Part shown: positions 57,830 through 64,000 of the stretch, piece by piece
Layout of the letters: the number at the start of each line of letters is the position of its first letter
Numbering within the stretch: position 1 is the stretch's first letter
NCBI GenBank assembly: GCA_021108005.1
Contig: JAIORS010000154.1
Span: 7,643 to 71,642 of the forward strand
Direction of reading: 5' to 3'
DNA: 64,000 nucleotides
DNA from: Candidatus Aegiribacteria sp.
Lineage (GTDB): Bacteria; Fermentibacterota; Fermentibacteria; Fermentibacterales; JCC-6
Made by a program: the position numbers and the translations under genes
The notes under the pieces: model-generated
Told to the model about the DNA's origin: nothing
Databases searched by the model: none
Seen by the model: the letters and a program-made list of their open reading frames with translations, nothing else

Positions 57830-57967
57830 TCTTTTTATCACCTTTAGATAATTCTCCTTTCTCTTCGCATGTTCATACTCATTTCAGATAATTCATTGAG
57901 TATGAAGTGAGATCAGATTCCGCAAGAACAGAACTTGATTATATTTCATGGTATTCCACAAAACAAC

Positions 57968-57993
57968 GCCCGGCACCTTTAAAGGCACCTTTA
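57968..57993. repeat. Second occurrence of the GCCCGGCACCT motif with a tandem GGCACCTTTAAA duplication
   Basis: GCCCGGCACCTTTAAAGGCACCTTTA directly after the stop of the response regulator gene; 11-bp identity with the ends of the 4354-4537 element. Confidence 0.6.
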
Positions 57994-59262
57994 AATATCA
58001 AGGTCCTTCAGTCTTGAAAGCAGTGTCCTGTAGCTGATCCTTAAAATCTCAGCGGCCTTCTTCCTGTTGCCATTGGTATCTCTGAGAGCTTTTCTTATCA
58101 TCTCCCCTTCTCGAAGTTTCGCCGCCCTGGCCGATTCCTCCAGAAGTCCTTCCTCATTGACCGCTTCATCGATCTCCAGTATTTCAGTATCTATGATTTT
58201 ATCATCAACGAGCGCTGCAGCTCTTAGTACGATACTTCTGAGCTGTCTTATGTTTCCCGGCCAACTGTACGCCTTCAGTTTGTTCATCGCATCCTCAGTA
58301 ACGGTTACTTCCCGGTAACCGGATTGTCTGAGAAAGTACTTTGTAAGATCAGCTATATCCTCCGACCTGTCCCGAAGAGGTGAAAGGGTAACAGGAAACT
58401 CCCCTATTCTGAAAAAGAGATCTTTTCTGAATCTTCCTTCTTCTGTTTCCAGTTTGAGTTCTCTGTTACTAGCTGAGATAACCCTTGCGTTGGTATGGAA
58501 TACTTCCGTCCCTCCGACTCTTGTGTATTCCCTTTCCTGAAGTACTCTTAGAAGTTTTCCCTGCAGTGATGTATCAAGATCTCCAACCTCATCGAGAAAG
58601 ATGGTTCCTCCCTGAGCATACTCGAATCTGCCCTTGCGTGTTCTGTCCGCACCGGTGTAGGCACCTTTTTCAGCGCCGAAAAGTTCACTCTCAAGAAGGT
58701 CGGGGGGTATAGCGGCGCAGTTGACAGGTATAAAAGGCCCATCGGAACATACACTGTCCAGATGGATCATTCTTGCTAGAAGTTCCTTTCCTGTACCGCT
58801 CTCTCCCAGTACAAGGATGTTCAAATCGGTTCCGGCACCCTTGGATGCCCTCTTTATTGTGGAAAGAAGGGATGGCGAGGAACCTATTATATCGGTACCT
58901 GCCGAATGCGAATACCTTCTCAAAAGCGCGAGAAGTTCATCCAGATCGAAGGGTTTTGTTATAAAATCCCTTGCGCCTTCTTTCATTGCCTCAACCGCAA
59001 GATTCACCGTGCCGAAAGCCGTCATCAGAATAACAGGTGTCCAGTGGTTCAATTCCCTTGATTTTTTAAGAATATCCATCCCGTTGATGTTCCCTGGAAG
59101 ACATATATCACTCAGCAGAATATCAAAAGCGCCGGTCTCGAGCATCCTGACAGCATCGGTTCCGGAAGAAACCGCAGTCACTTCCCATCCATCTTCCGAA
59201 AGGGCTGTTGTAAGCATGTTTCGCATGGCTCGTTTGTCCTCGATAAGAAGAATCCTTTCGAT
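57991..59262 (-). CDS. Sigma54-dependent response regulator (REC-AAA+-Fis HTH), inferred ATC start
   Basis: (M)ERILLIED, LLSD, GESGTGKE, VNCAAIP, ESELFGAEKGAYTGA, FLDEVG, WPGNIRQL, C-terminal HTH. Confidence 0.93.
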   Translation of the reverse strand: MERILLIEDKRAMRNMLTTALSEDGWEVTAVSSGTDAVRMLETGAFDILLSDICLPGNINGMDILKKSRELNHWTPVILMTAFGTVNLAVEAMKEGARDFITKPFDLDELLALLRRYSHSAGTDIIGSSPSLLSTIKRASKGAGTDLNILVLGESGTGKELLARMIHLDSVCSDGPFIPVNCAAIPPDLLESELFGAEKGAYTGADRTRKGRFEYAQGGTIFLDEVGDLDTSLQGKLLRVLQEREYTRVGGTEVFHTNARVISASNRELKLETEEGRFRKDLFFRIGEFPVTLSPLRDRSEDIADLTKYFLRQSGYREVTVTEDAMNKLKAYSWPGNIRQLRSIVLRAAALVDDKIIDTEILEIDEAVNEEGLLEESARAAKLREGEMIRKALRDTNGNRKKAAEILRISYRTLLSRLKDLDI

Positions 59263-59263
59263 G

Positions 59264-60949
59264 TCAATAACCTCCCTGGTTTTCCTGAATAGGAATCAGA
59301 ATGGTGAACAAAGCTCCGCTCTCGTCTCTGTTCTCACCGCTCAGTTCGCCTCCCATAGACCTGATTATTCTCCTGCTGACGGAAAGACCCAGCCCCATAT
59401 TGCCACTGCTTCTGTTCTTTGTTGTCCTGAAAGGCCTGAATGCTTCATCACTGTCAATGGATAAACCGGGGCCGGAATCTGCAACCGATATTAAAAGATT
59501 TGTGCCTTTCCTGTTTATTGAGATACGCACTGAAGACGATGAATCAGCCTCAACGGCGTTTCTTACGATATTGTAAATACAGGATGAAAGGAGTTTCCTG
59601 TCAGCGTTTATGAAAAACTCGTCAATAGAAGTACTTACCGAACATCTATCTTCGTTCAGCCTGCAGGCTTCTTCGCATATTGAAACCACATCATCCCTCC
59701 CAAGATTAGCTTTAACCGGCTCCGGTGATCTGGCGAAACTCCCGAAGGAAATGATAAGACCCTGAGCCGATTCGACCTCCCTTTTTACTTCGGAGATGAT
59801 ATTCTGTGTTCTTTCATCGGAATGCCCCCTGGTCAGTAAATCAACGTAACCTGATAGTGCACATAGCGTATTTCCCATTTCATGCGATATACCAGCAGAT
59901 GCAGCTCCTATATCTGCCATTGCCGTCTGATCGGCTATTTTCCTCTCCAGTTCACTGATTCTGGTGACATCGGTAACAAGTACCGCAATCTCGTTCACCC
60001 CCGAGCGTGAAATAACTACACTGTACATTCTATCCTGTTTAACAACGTCGTCTCTTATCTGAAATTCCGAGGAGGTATTTCCCGATTTATCCTGTGAAAG
60101 AAGAATGGGTTTGAGCTTGCGTCCAGCTTCAGTTTTCTCCCATGGGAACTCTTTATCGATATCGCCATCGCTGAGTTCGAACATCTCCTTCGACTGTCTG
60201 TTAAATAGTGAAAGATTTCCGTTTCCGTCAATTGAGAATACTGCTGATCCGAGTACAGACAGCATGGCAGCAGATCGTTTTTCCACTCTATCGGCTCTTT
60301 TCTCAGCCCTCTTTCTTAGATCGTTCAATTGTTGATCCCGATCGTGAAGCAATTCTACAAGACGATGAAAGGATGCACCGGCAGCTTCCGGATCTATTCC
60401 GCCGCCGCTGCTGAAACGATCGGCTTCAAACAGTATCTCTCTCAAAGGAGAAATAACAGTCCTGGCAAGATATCTCGGAGTAAAGAAAGCCAGAACCGCG
60501 AGAGCGGCTGTAAGAGCAGCAAGGCCGATAATGAGTGACCTGTATATAGCTGAAATAGACGATCGACATGGCCTGACTCCAACAATGTGATCAGTTTCAG
60601 CACACCCTGCGAAATACCAGCCCTTAGTCTCTCCTGGTACGGGTATATCTTCAGATGATATCCCGGATCCGGCTATCATGTTCCCCGAATAATCAAGCAT
60701 CACTGCAGCTTCAAGGCTTCCGCTCCGTACGAGTGGGGCTGTGATAGTATCGAATTGATTTGAAGTATCTGATGCTTCAATCGTTCTGCTTATTGCATAC
60801 GCGGTTATCGTGGCCATATGCCCTGATTCAGCTTCAATGTCTTTGTCTACAAGAAATACTATTAAAAAGGAAACCACAGTAGCGGCCGCGGCTGCTCCTA
60901 TTGCCAGCCCTGTCAGAAGCTCAACACCTATTATGAATCTTTTTCGCAA
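59264..60949 (-). CDS. Membrane sensor histidine kinase (TM-periplasmic-TM-PAS-HisKA-HATPase)
   Basis: SHEMGN H-box, NIVRNA, DSGPG, GLGLS; TTG start with AAGGAG. Confidence 0.92.
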   Translation of the reverse strand: MRKRFIIGVELLTGLAIGAAAAATVVSFLIVFLVDKDIEAESGHMATITAYAISRTIEASDTSNQFDTITAPLVRSGSLEAAVMLDYSGNMIAGSGISSEDIPVPGETKGWYFAGCAETDHIVGVRPCRSSISAIYRSLIIGLAALTAALAVLAFFTPRYLARTVISPLREILFEADRFSSGGGIDPEAAGASFHRLVELLHDRDQQLNDLRKRAEKRADRVEKRSAAMLSVLGSAVFSIDGNGNLSLFNRQSKEMFELSDGDIDKEFPWEKTEAGRKLKPILLSQDKSGNTSSEFQIRDDVVKQDRMYSVVISRSGVNEIAVLVTDVTRISELERKIADQTAMADIGAASAGISHEMGNTLCALSGYVDLLTRGHSDERTQNIISEVKREVESAQGLIISFGSFARSPEPVKANLGRDDVVSICEEACRLNEDRCSVSTSIDEFFINADRKLLSSCIYNIVRNAVEADSSSSVRISINRKGTNLLISVADSGPGLSIDSDEAFRPFRTTKNRSSGNMGLGLSVSRRIIRSMGGELSGENRDESGALFTILIPIQENQGGY

Positions 60950-61016
60950 AGGATCTCCTTAGTACTGCCAGTCATAAAAACCATTGCCTGCCCTCAATCG
61001 TACTGGATAATCTTTA

Positions 61017-62261
61017 TTATATACTGTTTTTCGTAGCAGCGCATTGTGACAGCCGTCTGTAAAACCTGTCTGTAACTCTATCCCAGGTCCATTTTTCAAG
61101 TACGCTCTTCCTGCCCTTCTCACCCATTGTAAAACCGAGTTCCGGATTATCAAGCAGTATATCGATTCTATCTGAAAGAGTGGCAGTATCACCCCATGAA
61201 ACTAGGAATCCGTTAATGCCATCACTAATTATGTCCGGCATTGCTCCTGACCAGCATCCTATAACCGGTTTCCCTGTCATCCATGCTTCCAGCAATACGA
61301 TTCCAAAACAATCAAGTCTTGATGGAAGAAGTACTATGTCCGCTGCGGAGATGAGATCAATTCTCCCCTTCATACTTATATAATCAGTTAAGATAAGCCT
61401 GCTTCCGAACTCCTCAGCAAGATTCTCCCGCGAATCGATGTATTCCTCCGAATCGGGAAGAACCGGCCCCGCAAGAACAAGTGTAAAATTCCATCCTTTT
61501 TTCAGTAGATTCCCGCATGCTTCAATTATCTGTGCGGTTCCTCTATCTAGTGAGTGAGCGGTAAGGCTCAGGATTACAGGTCCTGAAACACCAAGCCTCT
61601 TCAGACCTCTTTCCCGGTTGCTCTCACTAAATTCCCCCGGATCGATTCCGCTGCCTGATACGTGAACCCTTTCATCCGGAACGCCCATCCCGGTGTAAAG
61701 CTCCCTCTCAAAATTACTCTGGGCAACGACAAAGCTGCTGTTGTTAATGACCTTCTTCAAGCATCCGTCGAAATAGTGCATTGGCTTTATTCTTCTGTAT
61801 TTCTCGCCAACACTCGCATGGGGTACTGAAACGAGTCCTGTTTGATTTCTCCGACTGTAGCGCCAACCTTCGTAAAGCATGAACGGCATCGCGTTGGCAT
61901 GCACAAAATCGAATTCCCTATCAACCGAAAGCCAGCGGTGCAATGATGGAATGAATGGATTGGGATAGTAGTATCTGTCAGTCCCGCATCCGGTCAGCCG
62001 CCTCAACGTTCCACGGAGGATATTCTGAAAAGGAGGATGTATAACGGGAAAGCGTTTAATCCTGACACCGTTGTACAGGTCATCTCTTCTTAGAATACTG
62101 GATCCCGCTCTGGAAACGAACCATGACATGTCCCATGCGTCAGTAGTGTAAATAGCGGATTTGTGTCCCCACCTTTCCCCTGCAAGGGCATGTTCGAGAA
62201 CGTACCGCTCAGCACCTCCATGAAAAGGCCAGGATCTGTGAACAAGGTGGAGAATCTTCAT
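61017..62261 (-). CDS. GT4 glycosyltransferase
   Basis: GGAERYV, GSGID, LPSRLDCFGIVLLEAW, GINGFLV. Confidence 0.9.
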   Translation of the reverse strand: MKILHLVHRSWPFHGGAERYVLEHALAGERWGHKSAIYTTDAWDMSWFVSRAGSSILRRDDLYNGVRIKRFPVIHPPFQNILRGTLRRLTGCGTDRYYYPNPFIPSLHRWLSVDREFDFVHANAMPFMLYEGWRYSRRNQTGLVSVPHASVGEKYRRIKPMHYFDGCLKKVINNSSFVVAQSNFERELYTGMGVPDERVHVSGSGIDPGEFSESNRERGLKRLGVSGPVILSLTAHSLDRGTAQIIEACGNLLKKGWNFTLVLAGPVLPDSEEYIDSRENLAEEFGSRLILTDYISMKGRIDLISAADIVLLPSRLDCFGIVLLEAWMTGKPVIGCWSGAMPDIISDGINGFLVSWGDTATLSDRIDILLDNPELGFTMGEKGRKSVLEKWTWDRVTDRFYRRLSQCAATKNSI

Positions 62262-63385
62262 TGTACCGATATCCTTCTATAAAACTCGCATATGCCCCTT
62301 GCTATATCCTGCCAGTTCTTCCTTCTGGCTGAAGAGGACATTCTACGGAGTTCTTCCACTCTGGCAGGCTCCTCAAGCATTGTTATTTCCCTTATCCAGC
62401 CTTCATGATCGTTGGGTTCGAGGAGAATTCCGTTATTTCCCACGGTATCCGGAAGAGCGGTAGCGTTGCTTGAAATAACCGGCGTGCCGCAGCCTAATGC
62501 TTCAAGTACAGGTAACCCGAGTCCCTCGAACCTGCTGGGGCAAAGCAGTGCCCTTGCTCCACGATACAATTCCACTATAGCAGTGTCCGAAACGTTCTTC
62601 ATCATTCGAACACCCGGCCCCTGTTTAACTTCCACATCTCCCCATCCTCCGGCTCCAACCAGAATGAGGGGTATTTCAACACCCTTTTCCCTGGATTTTC
62701 CGTATACATCAAGGAGAAAGGGAATGTTTTTTCGTGGAACGAAGCTGCTCACATGAAGTAAATAGTTTCCCTGCTGTAGATTAAGTTCATTCAGTATCTC
62801 TTTTGAAGACGGCCCCGGAGAGAATTTCTCATCCGCGGCGCCTCCGGCGCAGAAAATCCTATCCTGCGGTAACCCGAAATAATCCCTTACTCTCTGTCCT
62901 GTCCAGTTTGATATTGCCATAACTGAAGAGCCAGCCTTTATCAGCCGGGCTTCCTTTTTAGCGAAGTCAACGGTTTCCTCAGTATGCCATTGGGGATTTT
63001 CGAGCGCGGAAAGATCATACATTGTTATAACAGATTTGCAACCGTGAGGATATTCGGGCTGAACACCACTGTGGTGATATACGGCGTTTTCGCCTGAATA
63101 TGTGTACAATCTTGAACTCCTGGATCTCTCTTCCCATTTTTCACGGATGGGAATCCTCCGTAAGAAGGGTATTCTCAGGTAGAAAGGAGTTTTCAGTATC
63201 TGGCAATCAACCTCTGGCCCGGGGACCCCCGGATGCGCTGCGGGAACATCAATCGGAATAAAATCGATCTCAAACTCGGATGCGACTTCTGAAATGGCCT
63301 TTACTACGGAAAGAAGGTATCTTGACACACCACCCAGCGCATGTGGAACAACACTGAGATCAAAATACACGCGGAGCTCGCCTAT
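62258..63385 (-). CDS. GT4 glycosyltransferase (inferred ATA start; GTG at 63370 is the alternative)
   Basis: GGVSRY, TMYDL, PRKN, PSRFEGLGLPVLEA. Confidence 0.88.
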   Translation of the reverse strand: MGELRVYFDLSVVPHALGGVSRYLLSVVKAISEVASEFEIDFIPIDVPAAHPGVPGPEVDCQILKTPFYLRIPFLRRIPIREKWEERSRSSRLYTYSGENAVYHHSGVQPEYPHGCKSVITMYDLSALENPQWHTEETVDFAKKEARLIKAGSSVMAISNWTGQRVRDYFGLPQDRIFCAGGAADEKFSPGPSSKEILNELNLQQGNYLLHVSSFVPRKNIPFLLDVYGKSREKGVEIPLILVGAGGWGDVEVKQGPGVRMMKNVSDTAIVELYRGARALLCPSRFEGLGLPVLEALGCGTPVISSNATALPDTVGNNGILLEPNDHEGWIREITMLEEPARVEELRRMSSSARRKNWQDIARGICEFYRRISVQ

Positions 63386-63582
63386 GGCGCACCTCCGTTA
63401 CAGAATATCCATACCGAATCTTCGAGAACCTGGGATTGGCTGTAAGGTATTCCTGTCAGTACTGGTGAATCGAATGGCGGAACCAGTACGAAAGGAAGAA
63501 GAAGCACAAGGATAGACGCAACGACCGCAATCGGAAACGGAGTTCTTTTAAGATCATTGCGACTGTCATTTCCAGAGTACAT
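63382..63582 (-). CDS. Possible small single-TM protein
   Basis: Fills the gap between two genes, one hydrophobic helix, and its TAG stop overlaps the ATA of the next gene; the start is uncertain. Confidence 0.4.
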   Translation of the reverse strand: MYSGNDSRNDLKRTPFPIAVVASILVLLLPFVLVPPFDSPVLTGIPYSQSQVLEDSVWIFCNGGAP

Positions 63583-64000
63583 TTGAAATCCATCCATTAC
63601 CGCTGAAACGCAATACTCTGTCATCGATTCTTACAACCGATGGCTCACTATCAAGTTCGATGCTTCCGACGGAACCATCTCCCCATATCGTGATAAGAGC
63701 TCCATGAGCATCTTCAGGACCTTCAAGCATCGCACCTCCTGAAAACTTCCATGTTACCGGTACTGTGCATAGATCCCTCGTGAAGCCTTCCGGAGTTTCA
63801 TGTAATGCGGGTGAAAGTGAAGCACTGTTCCAATCGGTAGAACTAACTTTCGGAAGGTTCTCAGCAAGCCGAAGCACTCTTTTCCAGTCTCTTACAAGTC
63901 TTTCATCGGAACCCGTATCCTCGGCGTAGGATACTGCTCTTCTTGATAGTTTCTTCCTGAGATCAGGCCTTTCTTCAAGTAAGAGAACTGCCGATCTGAT
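63566..64000 (-). CDS. 3' end of a probable glycosyltransferase with a C-terminal extension (partial)
   Basis: Open frame from the window end: 'LLLEERPDLRKKLSRRAVSYAEDTG..ERLVRDW' resembles a GT-B C-terminal helix. Confidence 0.55.
   Translation of the reverse strand: MRSAVLLLEERPDLRKKLSRRAVSYAEDTGSDERLVRDWKRVLRLAENLPKVSSTDWNSASLSPALHETPEGFTRDLCTVPVTWKFSGGAMLEGPEDAHGALITIWGDGSVGSIELDSEPSVVRIDDRVLRFSGNGWISNVLWK

Noticed and set aside
60959-61192. 77-aa minus-strand ORF
   Set aside because: It mostly overlaps the GT4 gene in another frame and has no motif
1-64000. CRISPR array, rRNA, prophage or transposase
   Set aside because: No regularly spaced direct repeats, rRNA-like tracts, or phage/transposase motifs were found by eye

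Overview
A gene-dense bacterial chromosome segment (about 60 CDS, mostly on the minus strand, plus one tRNA-Gly(CCC)). It comes from a diderm, LPS-producing bacterium; the PorV-like protein, DUF2723 and HprK/PTS content suggest an FCB-group lineage (inference only). Housekeeping content: surE, lipM-lipA, dusB, nadB, a lipid A/LPS cluster (gnnA-like, lpxB, a DUF374/LpxJ-WaaA fusion, lpxK, gmhB, GT9s, GT4s), ddl, polA, dapF, topA-xerC-(DUF2723)-hslV-hslU, tatA, hpf-hprK-ptsH-ptsI and two-component systems. No prophage, CRISPR array or transposase is visible. Main observations: (1) an intact gatE-gatD pair, the Glu-tRNA(Gln) amidotransferase usually regarded as archaea-specific, in clearly bacterial context; (2) four genes (hslV, gatD, a sigma54 response regulator, a GT4) whose N-terminal motifs lie upstream of the first usable ATG/GTG/TTG and that have Shine-Dalgarno-supported ATC/CTG/ATC/ATA codons, alongside many TTG starts; (3) a GT-C membrane protein whose motifs match eukaryotic DPY19 tryptophan C-mannosyltransferases better than STT3, near a doubly frameshifted DUF2723/TMEM260-like GT-C gene; (4) an MglA-type GTPase coupled to an L7/L12-CTD-like + Zn-finger + TM protein; (5) a tRNA whose encoded CCA overlaps the next start codon; (6) a nested inverted-repeat (REP/MITE-like) element. 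Family assignments come from motifs recognised by eye; no database search was run.
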